From the NCBI GenBank assembly GCA_963783305.1, contig CAWAMW010000017.1:96001-160000 (forward strand): a DNA stretch of 64,000 bases. The letters are read 5' to 3'. This DNA is from an uncultured Gemmatimonadales bacterium. Lineage in GTDB: Bacteria; Gemmatimonadota; Gemmatimonadetes; Longimicrobiales; RSA9. The notes under the pieces are model-generated. The model searched no databases. It saw nothing but the letters and a program-made list of their open reading frames with translations, and had not been told where the DNA came from. Made by a program: the position numbers and the translations under genes. Below, piece after piece: positions 49,106 to 59,134 of the stretch; the first letter of the stretch is position 1; the number at the start of each line of letters is the position of its first letter.

Positions 49106-51961
49106 CTACGGCGCGATCACGTCGCTTCTGAACGTGACCTCAGCCGAATCATCAAGCGCTTCACCATTCAGCGCACCCGTTATGGTCGCGGTGCCTGTAG
49201 TGGTGCCAGCCGTCAACGTCGCTGTATAGGTGCCGTCGCCCCGGTCGGTGACCGGACCCACGGATCCCAGCGAAGTGGTCAGCGTTACGATCCCGCCACT
49301 CCGACCTGTCGGCCTTCCCGCGGCATCGAGCAGCTGAACCTCGATCAGGGTCGTCGACACGCCGTTCGGGTTGATCGCCGCAGAGTCGGCGCTGACCGTA
49401 CTCCTCTTCAGATCGGGCCCGCCCGTCGTAAGCTCGACGCGGCCCGAATCAAGGATCGGCTCGCCGGCCAGTGTGCCCGTGATCGCCACGCTTCCGGTGC
49501 TGCGCCCGGCGGTCAGCGTGGCGGTGTATGTGCCATCGCCGTGGTCGATTACGGCATCGAGCGAAGCCAGGCCGGCGGGGGTCACCGCCAACTCCACTTC
49601 GCCTGCGCTCTCCCCGACGAGGTTACCGGCCGCATCGCGGACCTCCACCGTCACCAGCGAGGTGGAGACGCCGTCGGCCGTCATCGCGCCTGGATCGGCC
49701 GTGATCGTGGTCGTGGTCGGATCACCCGCGCCGGGCGTGAGCTCCACGTCGGCGTCGTCCTCGATCGGCTCGCCGGCCAGCGTCCCGGCGATCGTCACGA
49801 TGCCAGCGGTGGTGCCGGCGGTCAGCGTGGCGGTGTATGTGCCATCGCCGTGGTCGATTACGGCATCGAGCGAAGCCAGGCCGGCGGGGGTCACCGCCAA
49901 CTCCACTTCGCCTGCGCTCTCGCCGACGAGGTTCCCGTGTACGTCCTGCACTTCGACGGTGAGGACCGAGGTAGAGATCCCATCTGCGGTGACCGACTGG
50001 GGATCGGCCGTGATCGTGGTCGTGGTCGGATCACCCGCGCCGGGCGTGAGCTCCACGTCGGCGTCGTCCTCGATCGGCTCGCCGGCCAGCGTCCCGGCGA
50101 TCGTCACGATGCCAGCGGTGGTGCCGGCGGTCAGCGTGGCGGTGTAGGTGCCATCGCCGTGGTCGATTACGGCATCGAGCGAAGCCAGGCCGGCGGGGGT
50201 CACCGCCAACTCCACTTCGCCTGCGCTCTCCCCGACGAGGTTACCGGCCGCATCGCGGACCTCCACCGTCACCAGCGAGGTGGAGACGCCGTCGGCCGTC
50301 ATCGCGCCTGGATCGGCCGTGATCGTGGTCGTGGTCGGATCACCCGCGCCGGGCGTGAGCTCCACGTCGGCGTCGTCCTCGATCGGCTCGCCGGCCAGCG
50401 TCCCGGCGATCGTCACGATGCCAGCGGTGGTGCCGGCGGTCAACGTGGCGGTGTAGGTGCCATCGCCGTGGTCGATCACGGCATCGAGCGAAGCCAGGCC
50501 GGCGGGGGTCACCGCCAACTCCACTTCGCCTGCGCTCTCGCCGACGAGGTTCCCGTGCTACGTCCTGCACTTCGACGGTGAGGACCGAGGTAGAGATCCC
50601 ATCTGCGGTGATCGCGACTGGGGATCGGCCGTGATCGTGGTCGTGGTCGGATCACCCGCGCCGGGCGTGAGCTCCACGTCGGCGTCGTCCTCGATCGGCT
50701 CGCCGGCCAGCGTCCCGGCGATCGTCACGATGCCAGCGGTGGTGCCGGCGGTCAGCGTGGCGGTGTAGGTGCCATCGCCGTGGTCGATCACGGCATCGAG
50801 CGAAGCCAGGCCGGCGGGGGAGAGGCTCAGTTCCACCTCACCCGCGCTCGTCCCGATCAGGTTCCCGTGCGCGTCACGCACGTCGACGGAAATCAGCGCG
50901 GTGGAAGCACCATCCGCGGGCCGGGACCCGGGGTTGGCCGTAATCGTCGTCGTCGCCAGATCACCGTCACCGGGCGTAAGCACCACCTCGGCGGAGTCTT
51001 CCATGGCGTCGCCATTCAGCGTGCCGGTGACGATCACCCTACCGGCCGTGGTGCCGGCGGTCAGCGTGGCGGTGTAGGTGCCGTCGCCGTGATCGGCGAT
51101 CGGGCCGAGCGACGCCATCCCTCCCGGAGCCAATCTCAGCGCGACCGTTCCGGCGCTCACGCCGACCAGTTCTCCGTGCTCGTCCCGGACCTCGACCATC
51201 ACCAGCGATTGGGCCTCACCATCGGCCCGCACGGATTCCGGATCTGCGCGGATGCCCGCCCTGCGCGCGAGCGCCACGTCCACGAGGACCGACATGCTGT
51301 CCGCGGCCGTAGCGCCGGCCGCGACAATGAAGGTGGATCCGTCTCCCACGGTAAGAATTTCGCCACCGTCGTTCACGACCGCTACGCCCGGATCATGAGT
51401 GCTCCACTCGATGTCGTAGCCCTCGATAATGTCGCCGGAGTCGTCGTAGGCGGTTCCCACCAGCTTCAGCCGAGCGCCAATACGGGTGAACACGGCCCGG
51501 ACGGGGGCAATTTCCACTCGCGTAGCCAACGTCGGGCCCACATAGGCCACCGCAATATCGTGGGCGGCTCCCGATTGGAGGGCCCCGCTCCGCATGGTGA
51601 CGCGAAGCCTTCCATGGTAGAACGAGCGGCTAGCATCCCGGAGATCAAGCTCCACATCCACATCCTCGACTTCAGCACGCAACTCGAGAAGCCATGTAAG
51701 GATGTCGGCAGAGCCTTCGTACGACCGCACCTGATCGACGAGCGGGGCGTCCTCGCCACCCGCGCGCCGCACGACCGTGCGGATGCTGTCGATCTCCGCG
51801 CCGATCGCTGCCGGCTCACTTCCGGACTCGAAGATCGGGCGCACGCGCAGTTCGCCGAAGTCGCCGCCCTCGTCGGTGGGCAGGCACGCCGCGACGAGCG
51901 CGGCCGTAAGTATCCACGGCCACCAGGTCCCGCGCGAGCGACCGCCCGAGAGTCCACTCAC
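49106..51961 (-). CDS. Invasin/intimin-like Ig-repeat lipoprotein (Big_2 + 7 invasin-domain-3-like repeats), interrupted by compensating indels and a TAG at 50558
   Basis: LVAAC lipobox; repeats ADGVSTSLVTVEVRDAAGN..DHGDGTYTATLTAGTTAG; ORFs 49106-50524 and 50558-51961 are in the same frame. Confidence 0.88.
49505..50820. repeat. Near-identical ~303-bp tandem repeats alternating A/B (~606-bp period)
   Basis: Long identical stretches recur (e.g. GATCACCCGCGCCGGGCGTGAGCTCCACGTCGG near 49720, 50030, 50340, 50650). Confidence 0.95.
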
Positions 51962-53748
51962 CGGATGCTCCGGGACCAGCCAAGCGTCATGGTGTACTCA
52001 TCGAACCCGCCGGACTCGGTCTGCAGCCCCGTCACGCGGTTGCTCCGCACGCTTACGTTCAGTCGATCGCCCGTCGTCAGATTGTAGCGGCCGCTGAGCG
52101 AGGCCCGTATGGCGCCCCCCGCGTGCACTCTCGAGTTGGAGAGTGCGGCGCCGGCGGACCAGCGCCCGCCGGTACCCCGGAAGTTCGCTGAGACCGCGTA
52201 CGTATGGCGCAGCGCCCACTCGGCCTGCGGGAGGCTCGTCATGGAGACCCCAAGGCTGGGTGTTACGGACAGATTCGCCGCCGGGGCCAACGTGACCCGC
52301 ACATCGGCGTCGTGTGCTCGCAGTGCGCTCGCCGTGCGACCCGGGGCATCATCGCCGGACTGCTGGTAGGAATAGTTGAAGGAACCGGCCCTCCACATCC
52401 CTTCCCGCCCCAGCACCACCGTATGGGATGTCGCGAGCGTCCAGCTGGTGAAGTCCACGCGGTGTGCCACTGCGGCAGCATCGCTGCCGATCGTCATGAC
52501 GGACACCCGCAGTGAGGAGCGCAACGCAGGTACGGCGCGGAACGAGATTTGGCCGGCCAGCCGATCGCGCGCGGTCGTAGCCAGCTTCTGCCCGAGCAGG
52601 TTGTCGGTCTGGTGGAGCCCCTGGAGAGACGCTGACCACGTGGGATAACGTACGGCGACACGGGCGTTTACGGCACGCAGGTCGGCGGGTAGCGATGCCA
52701 GCCCCAGCGAGACATAGCCTGCCCCGATGTAGCGATACCCGATCGACCCGGTCAGCGTCCGCGGTGAGCGCGGGGTGGAGCCTGGCAGACCGATGCGGCG
52801 GAGGTCGAGCCGACCGGTGTAGGCGACGTCGCCATACGTGCTCGCCCGCGGCGTCACCATGGAGCGAAGCAGCCCCGAGTACTCGTCCAGCAGCTCTTCG
52901 CTCAGCTCCGGTGCACGGCGATCCCGGGAATGGACGCTGATCGCCGCCTCTCCGTGCCATAGCAGCCGACCCGCCCACACGGGCAGCTGGTTGACCGCGG
53001 ACAGCACCACGTTCTCCTGAGGAGTAACCGCGTACGGGTTCACGATCAGACCACCCTGGGCCTCCGGGACCGCTGGATCCAGACCCTGTCCATCCAGCGA
53101 CGACGGGTCATCAGCGACGCGCAGCACCACCAGATCCAGGTATCCCGATTGCTCGGAGTCAGAGCCGCGGCCCACGCCCACGCGCCCGCCCCACATGGCG
53201 CGGCGGTACGCCCCGTCCAGTGCGCCGCCGGCCACAGCTCTCTGTGTGCGCCCGCCAAAGGCCCCGAGTCGGAGCCAACCGGGGTTGATGCTCGCCCCCA
53301 GCCCCTGGACCCTGACGCCACTCCAGGTGAGATCGGAGTAGGAGTCCGTGAACGAGCCAAGATAGGCACGGCCCCAGCTCCATTGCGGCCGGATGCCTAA
53401 CCGGTTGAGCCGCTGCCGCTGGTCGGAGCCGATGAGGCCGAGGCCCGATCCGCTTTCCGTGGAATAGAGCAGGTCCAGCCCCACGGAGAAGGCGCCGAAC
53501 AGTTCGAGATTGGACCGGACGTACAGTCGGCCCAGCGACGACGGACGCCGCCGCTCGCGGCCGGAAACCGAGTACACCTCCCCGTACGAGCCGATTTCGC
53601 CCGTGTACTGGACCCCCGGAGGAATAGCGAGCCCGGGGATCTGAGCCGTCGCGCTCCCGGCGCCCCACGCGCAGCTCGCACCCGTGCAGACCACGGCGAG
53701 CACCCACCTACGGGTCAGTCGGGCTGATCGCTCCCTCGGGTCACTCAT
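51958..53748 (-). CDS. Probable outer-membrane beta-barrel protein of unknown family
   Basis: Signal peptide (ATA-Q); alternating-polarity strands throughout; YRYIGAGYVSLG; C-terminal YTMTLGWSRSI. Confidence 0.75.
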   Translation of the reverse strand: MSDPRERSARLTRRWVLAVVCTGASCAWGAGSATAQIPGLAIPPGVQYTGEIGSYGEVYSVSGRERRRPSSLGRLYVRSNLELFGAFSVGLDLLYSTESGSGLGLIGSDQRQRLNRLGIRPQWSWGRAYLGSFTDSYSDLTWSGVRVQGLGASINPGWLRLGAFGGRTQRAVAGGALDGAYRRAMWGGRVGVGRGSDSEQSGYLDLVVLRVADDPSSLDGQGLDPAVPEAQGGLIVNPYAVTPQENVVLSAVNQLPVWAGRLLWHGEAAISVHSRDRRAPELSEELLDEYSGLLRSMVTPRASTYGDVAYTGRLDLRRIGLPGSTPRSPRTLTGSIGYRYIGAGYVSLGLASLPADLRAVNARVAVRYPTWSASLQGLHQTDNLLGQKLATTARDRLAGQISFRAVPALRSSLRVSVMTIGSDAAAVAHRVDFTSWTLATSHTVVLGREGMWRAGSFNYSYQQSGDDAPGRTASALRAHDADVRVTLAPAANLSVTPSLGVSMTSLPQAEWALRHTYAVSANFRGTGGRWSAGAALSNSRVHAGGAIRASLSGRYNLTTGDRLNVSVRSNRVTGLQTESGGFDEYTMTLGWSRSIR

Positions 53749-56123
53749 GCGCCCTCCATGAGCGCGCGCAGCATCTGCGCGGCGCCCTCACCCGGGTTGC
53801 TGAAGTCCATGGTCTCGCTGATCTCGAACGGCTCGCCCACGAACCGACCGACCAGGTCCCACCGCAGCGCCTCGCCGTTCACGGCGGACTGGAGTCCGCC
53901 GCGGAATTCTGCCCGGTCGATCACCAGCAGCTGCTCACCACGTTCCAGCGCCTGGTTGATGGCCGCGAACTGCGCCTCCATCTGGTCCAGCCGGGCCTGC
54001 GTCGCCATCAGTTGCGCCCGCAGCTCCTTCAGCGCCTCATCGACCGTCATGAAGGCGATGTTCTGGTCCACCGGGGGGATGGCCGCGAGCAGCCGCTGGT
54101 TCGCCGCCACCACGGCGACCGCCGCCTGGTAGCGGATCGCCTGCAGCCGGTACTGGGCGTGAGCGCTCCGGTACTGCGCCAGTCGCTGTGCCTTCCGCCA
54201 AGCCGGGAATCGCGGCGTCGCGTTGTACGCTCTCAGCCGGGCGTAGCGGGTCCTCCAGGCGATGGTCATCTGCGACCTCTGTGCACCTGCCCGGGCCTCG
54301 GCCGCGGAGAGGGAATTCACTGCAAGCCGACGCTGGGCCTCCAGCACCCGACGCAGTTCATCCACGGTCGCCTGCCCATTGGCCACGGCCTCGCTGGCCG
54401 CCTGATTCGCCGCCGCCGTAGCCGCCACAACATCCGCGCCCTGCTCCGCAAACAGGAGGATCGCATCCTGAGCCATGGGGCCGAACGCGTTGCCGAAGTC
54501 GGCACGGGCAATGGCGTGCAGCTGGAAGTCGGGACTGCGGAGGTCGAATACGGAGGAGGCCGTGATGTCCGCTGTGAACATGTCGAACATGTTCGTCTCG
54601 CTTCGGAAGGAGAACTCCTCCCGCGTCAGGCTCAGGTCCACGAGCTGGCTCGCACCGAACAGCTCGACGGCACCCGACACCATGAGATGCTGCTCCTCTC
54701 GCGTCGCGGCCAGGTCCAGCACGGCGTCCTGCCAGACGAGCGGTCCAAGCTCGAACGCGCCCAGCTGACCCTGCGCCAGGATCCCATCATCGCTCACGCT
54801 GACATCGACACCGGCGAACTCGGCCAACTCGCCGTCGGCTGACAGCGGCAGCCAGAGCATCCCCGCGACCCGGAACCCACGCTCCACGCCCAGCTCCGGC
54901 GCATCCTTGGGGGCGAACTTCAGCGCCACGCCGCGCAGGTCCATGTCGGGCAGCGCGTCCACAGGGATCCCTGGCGCAGGCTGCGTCCCCAGCGCCCCGG
55001 CGGCGGCATCCCGCGCGGCGGCCATCCCGCGCTGGACCTCCACCAGGTCGGAGAAGCCGAACCCTGCCTCGCTCTCACCGCTGATCAGGAAGCTGGTCGG
55101 AACGCCGGCGGGGCTGATGGCCATGGCCACGGCCACATCGATATCCTTCTCGCCGACCACCATGTTGGCCGCGAACCCCGGCTGGATGCTCCCTGCCGGA
55201 GTGATCCCTACCGCGAGCACTACGTTGTTCAGGATTAGCCACGGAATGCCCAGCGGCTGGTGCCACCCTTCTTCCGCCATGAGTCCGCCCGCCAGTGACA
55301 TGCCCGATTGGGCCACGCTCGCGGCGACGAAGAAGACGAGTACATCCTCCTGGATCGCCACCGTCATCTCACCCACCAGCCGGACCGACGGATCGCCGGT
55401 CAGTTCCAGCGCGAGCTGACCGCCACGGAACCACTCGGGCGAGCCGGGCGGCCGCATGGGTGGCAACTCCGCGCGCAGGTACAGGTCCCGGATCGCATCG
55501 GCGCCTCCACCCCCATTCAGGATACCGAGAGTGCGGCCGAGCCCGCCCTGGATCAGGATGACGCCCTTCTCGATCCCGAGGGCATCCATGACCACCGCCA
55601 ACGGATGATCCGCGCCGAGATCCTCCGCCGGGATCGCCGCGATCAGGTTCACCCCAGGCCGAAGGGTGAGGCGGAACTCGTCCGACGCGTAGATCGCCCG
55701 GTAAAAAGCGTTCTCTTGCTCGGACAGCTGCGAGGAGAGTTCGTCGCGATCCGCGCTGGCGAGCACGAGCCCCACATTGGAGAAGGCGATCCCGTCCAGG
55801 ATCGGCCCGGAGAGGGCCGGGATGTTCTCCGTCAGCGACCAGGCTTCCGGCTTGATGCCGAGGGTGAGGCCATCGCGCACACCGCGGCTCGGATCGACGG
55901 CGAGCAGGACATGAGCCTGGGCGTTGCCAAGCACGCTCATCCCCGTCCCCACGATGGCACCTCCGGCGCTCGCGCTGATGACGAGGTCCTCCAGATCGAG
56001 GAGGCCAGGCGGGATCTCCAGCTCGGTCAGGTCGAATGCGTCTCCGCCCTGGGCGGCCGCCTGACCCGGGACGCACAGGAGCACCATGCCGAGCGCGAGC
56101 GCTCCCCACAGGCGGGAACTCAT
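53745..56123 (-). CDS. Secreted hypothetical protein: long beta-rich region plus C-terminal coiled-coil hairpin
   Basis: Signal peptide (AAA-Q); WHQPLGIPWL region; Ala/Gln/Arg heptad stretch; ATGA overlaps at both ends. Confidence 0.85.
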   Translation of the reverse strand: MSSRLWGALALGMVLLCVPGQAAAQGGDAFDLTELEIPPGLLDLEDLVISASAGGAIVGTGMSVLGNAQAHVLLAVDPSRGVRDGLTLGIKPEAWSLTENIPALSGPILDGIAFSNVGLVLASADRDELSSQLSEQENAFYRAIYASDEFRLTLRPGVNLIAAIPAEDLGADHPLAVVMDALGIEKGVILIQGGLGRTLGILNGGGGADAIRDLYLRAELPPMRPPGSPEWFRGGQLALELTGDPSVRLVGEMTVAIQEDVLVFFVAASVAQSGMSLAGGLMAEEGWHQPLGIPWLILNNVVLAVGITPAGSIQPGFAANMVVGEKDIDVAVAMAISPAGVPTSFLISGESEAGFGFSDLVEVQRGMAAARDAAAGALGTQPAPGIPVDALPDMDLRGVALKFAPKDAPELGVERGFRVAGMLWLPLSADGELAEFAGVDVSVSDDGILAQGQLGAFELGPLVWQDAVLDLAATREEQHLMVSGAVELFGASQLVDLSLTREEFSFRSETNMFDMFTADITASSVFDLRSPDFQLHAIARADFGNAFGPMAQDAILLFAEQGADVVAATAAANQAASEAVANGQATVDELRRVLEAQRRLAVNSLSAAEARAGAQRSQMTIAWRTRYARLRAYNATPRFPAWRKAQRLAQYRSAHAQYRLQAIRYQAAVAVVAANQRLLAAIPPVDQNIAFMTVDEALKELRAQLMATQARLDQMEAQFAAINQALERGEQLLVIDRAEFRGGLQSAVNGEALRWDLVGRFVGEPFEISETMDFSNPGEGAAQMLRALMEGA

Positions 56124-58546
56124 GGGTTTACCCGCCTCACCGCGGACCGAACGAGCCCGAGCATGTCGCTGAGACTCATGTTCCCCAAGGCCAGTTCCAC
56201 CTTCCAGTGAAGCGAGCGCCCGGCCGCCTCCTTCGGTTCGGACGGATTGTCCGCGTCCTTGGCCCCGTACATCTCCCAGGAGACCAGTGCGTTTCGCTCC
56301 AGATCCAACTGTTTCCCGAGGCTCTCCGCTTCCGCGGTCGCTCCCCGTTCCAGCGCGGTCTTCTGCTGGGATTCGAGCCGGTCGATATTCGCCTGTATGC
56401 TGTCGCCCCTGGATCGAACCCCCTTCGCCTTTTCACCGCCCGGACCATCCTTGGGCCAAGAGAGTTCGAGGGTCCCCTTCCCCAAGTCGAGGTGATCGGC
56501 CGAGCCGACCTGCCCAGTGACCTTTACCTTGACTCCATCGAGCCCCTTGAACGGACGCGCGAGCTCGATCTCGACCTCCGTCTCTGGGCTGTTGAAGATG
56601 ACCGGTGCGAAACGGTCGAGCTGACGGTCGGACTCCAGCTTGATCACCGCGCTCAGGCCGTCACCGCTGACGAGCGTCGAGGTCGAGTCCCCGCTCTTGT
56701 ACAGCTGCTTCTTGAAGCGGAGGGTGGCGGTGTGCTCGACTGCGCTGCCATCCGGATTGAGACCACCGAGCCAGGTGTCCTGCGCGAATCGCAGGGCCAG
56801 GGAGAACCCCAGGCCGCCCTCCACCTCGAGGCCCGGCGCCCACGATCCGTCGGCGCCGTGCCAATCGCTGAGGTTTCCCTTCGCCTTCACATCCAGCTTG
56901 ACCGCGACCTGGGTGGAGTCGATCCATTCCCCGAGGAGCATCGGCAGCCGCCTGGGCAGCGTGGCCTTCAGCGAGAGAATCGTGGCTTCGACCTCCGCCG
57001 TTGCCCCGGTGTCGAATCGAGAATCCTTCAGGCTATCGCGCGCTCCCTGGCCGATATGACCCCCGACGCTGAACTCGAGCCCCGCGCCGACGAAGCCCTG
57101 GAGCGCGACATACGGGTCGTCGTGGCCGAACATCTCCAGGACCGTCCCGGCCGGGCCGCTCCCCAGCTCCAGCTCGGCGTACAGGTTGACGCCCGGGAGC
57201 ACCTCGATCTCCTTGTAGCCAAGGAATTCCCGCGGAGCCTCGAATGTGTCCGGCAGATCCCCGACGGTGGTGGCGTCCAGCGCCAGGATCAGGACCCCGA
57301 ATCGCCAGTTCGCGTCGGCGGCCGACAGCGCATTGGGCTCCTCCCCGGCGTCCCCAGTGCCATCGAGCGTGAGACCGAGCTCTTCGAAACTTCCCGCCCG
57401 TCGTGCTATCCACCGGAGCCCACCGGGTCCAACCCCCTCTCCACATTGACCGTAGAGCAGGTAACTGGCACTCGCACCCTGCCCCGCGGTCATCAGCGCC
57501 CAGGAATGCGTCGTAAGGTCCCGGTAGAGCATCCCCTCAGACTGGGATTCCTCGGAACTGAACGCGGCGACCACATTCAGTGGAACCCGGATCGAGGACG
57601 CCGGCGTGGTATCCCAGAGTAGACAGATCGCCCGCAGTGAACCGCCCTCGTCACCCACTGCAGCACCGAGCTCGGATCCCGGGGCCATGGTGACCGTCAT
57701 GCCGCTGGTCGTCACCGGTGTCTGAACCGGATCCTCCATGGCGAACGTCCAGATCTCGCTCAGCCCCTCGTTCGCCAATGCCGTGTAGCCGTTCTGATCC
57801 AGCGCCCGGACCGACCACGCATACGTCTTCCCCGGCTCCAGCGGGCGCGCGCCAATCGGGTAGCGCAGCGCCGTGCCAAACGCATCGTGCTCTTCGTGGA
57901 CCGGAATATTGGAGGCCAGCGCCTCTCCCGGCAGCTGACCCGGCAGCAGCTCGACGATCCGGACCGAATACGACAGCTGATAATCGATCGGGACCCGGAC
58001 CGGCGCCCACTGGAACAGTGGCGCCTCGTCGGTAAACGCCATGCCGTTCTCTGGCGCCAGAAGCAGGGGAGGATCCGGGTACGCGATGAAGAAGTCCGCG
58101 CACGCCTCGGCCAGGACGAATCCGCTCAGCTCCACCGCGGCTGCACACGCCGTATAGTCACCTTCCGGCAACCGTCCGGTTCGCGCCGCGATCCGCTCGA
58201 GCGCCGCGTCGTGCGTACCGGTTCCGGCGAGTTCGTACGGCGAATCATATATAACGACCGCCCCGGCCGCGATCGTCTCCGGCTCCCCCGTGCCCCGCGC
58301 CAGCACCCGATTCATGCCATCCGTGATCGTAAAGAATATCCTCACGTCCTCCGGGCTAGCCGTGTGGTTCATTACGGTGAGGGAGCCAATGTCGGGATTG
58401 GCGTTCCAGTCGCTGTAGTATGGAGAGGGGAAGGGGTCGACATTGAGCATTACGTCCCAGGTCCCCTGGGCGCGGGTGGTGGACGGCAGCGAGCCGAGCG
58501 CGAGCACGGCCAGAATCGCGAGCAGCCCATTCTCGGGGCGCCTCAT
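56120..58546 (-). CDS. Secreted protein with TANFOR-like/FN3-like N-terminus and beta-rich C-terminus
   Basis: ATG 58546; signal (TRA-Q); PFPSPYYSDW..GRLPEGDYTAC..PPLLLAPENG..FQW..LEPGKTYAWSVRA..GLSEIWTF (family recognised from memory). Confidence 0.75.
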   Translation of the reverse strand: MRRPENGLLAILAVLALGSLPSTTRAQGTWDVMLNVDPFPSPYYSDWNANPDIGSLTVMNHTASPEDVRIFFTITDGMNRVLARGTGEPETIAAGAVVIYDSPYELAGTGTHDAALERIAARTGRLPEGDYTACAAAVELSGFVLAEACADFFIAYPDPPLLLAPENGMAFTDEAPLFQWAPVRVPIDYQLSYSVRIVELLPGQLPGEALASNIPVHEEHDAFGTALRYPIGARPLEPGKTYAWSVRALDQNGYTALANEGLSEIWTFAMEDPVQTPVTTSGMTVTMAPGSELGAAVGDEGGSLRAICLLWDTTPASSIRVPLNVVAAFSSEESQSEGMLYRDLTTHSWALMTAGQGASASYLLYGQCGEGVGPGGLRWIARRAGSFEELGLTLDGTGDAGEEPNALSAADANWRFGVLILALDATTVGDLPDTFEAPREFLGYKEIEVLPGVNLYAELELGSGPAGTVLEMFGHDDPYVALQGFVGAGLEFSVGGHIGQGARDSLKDSRFDTGATAEVEATILSLKATLPRRLPMLLGEWIDSTQVAVKLDVKAKGNLSDWHGADGSWAPGLEVEGGLGFSLALRFAQDTWLGGLNPDGSAVEHTATLRFKKQLYKSGDSTSTLVSGDGLSAVIKLESDRQLDRFAPVIFNSPETEVEIELARPFKGLDGVKVKVTGQVGSADHLDLGKGTLELSWPKDGPGGEKAKGVRSRGDSIQANIDRLESQQKTALERGATAEAESLGKQLDLERNALVSWEMYGAKDADNPSEPKEAAGRSLHWKVELALGNMSLSDMLGLVRSAVRRVNP

Positions 58547-58547
58547 C

Positions 58548-58982
58548 TCAGCGTCCCTCGGCAGGGGAATCCGGGGAGAGCGGAAGACCGGGTTGGAGTG
58601 GCGTGGAGGCGAGCAGGGTCGGCAGGTCCAGCAGATTCTCCTTGAGGACGAACCCCTTGGCACCGGCCTCCTCGGCCGCACGGCGGTACGGGTCCGACCC
58701 GTGCGCCGTGACGATGATGACGTGCGCGCCTGGATCCACCTGGCAGATCGCGCGCGTCGCGGCGATCCCGTCCAGTCCGCCCAGCTCGATGTCCATGAGG
58801 ACGCAGTCGGGACGGATGGCGGCATACGCGGCCACCGCTTTCTGCCCGTCCTCGCATTCGTGGATCATCGGGGCAACATCCTCCAGGAGGCTTCGAATCA
58901 GCGCCCGCATCGCCACGTTGTCCTCGACCAGCAGAACCACGGGCTTGCGATGGTGCGCCTCGTCGGCGGGCCTGTTGAGCAT
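58548..58982 (-). CDS. Single-domain response regulator (receiver only)
   Basis: VLLVEDN, PDCVLMDIEL..DG, IIVTAH, GAKGFVLKE. Confidence 0.92.
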   Translation of the reverse strand: MLNRPADEAHHRKPVVLLVEDNVAMRALIRSLLEDVAPMIHECEDGQKAVAAYAAIRPDCVLMDIELGGLDGIAATRAICQVDPGAHVIIVTAHGSDPYRRAAEEAGAKGFVLKENLLDLPTLLASTPLQPGLPLSPDSPAEGR

Positions 58983-59074
58983 CGGTTCTGCCTCAGGCGC
59001 TGGCTGCGCCGACGAGGAGCTGGGGCGTAGGGGTCTGCTCTTCGATGATAGGGAGCCGCGGGGCCGCCGGAATC

Positions 59075-59134
59075 GGCAGTGACCCCCACGAAAGATGGGG
59101 GCTACCCCCTATGGAAGGTCGGGGTAGCCCCCTA
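59075..59134. promoter_or_regulatory. Candidate NarL/LuxR-type operator boxes
   Basis: GGGGGCTACCCC / GGGGTAGCCCCC 12-bp inverted repeat, each half itself GGGG..CCCC symmetric; third weaker box at ~59075. Confidence 0.45.

Noticed and set aside
50558..50560. Pyrrolysine/stop read-through at in-frame TAG
   Set aside because: The TAG arises from local indels relative to the sister repeat, and the preceding residues are frameshifted
48827..50581. 584-aa repetitive + strand ORF
   Set aside because: Antisense reading of the invasin repeats
49505..50820. CRISPR array or DGR template/variable repeat
   Set aside because: Units are ~303-bp in-frame coding domains with no unique spacers; no cas or reverse transcriptase gene in the window
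56036..57622. 528-aa + strand ORF
   Set aside because: Antisense to a translationally coupled operon gene
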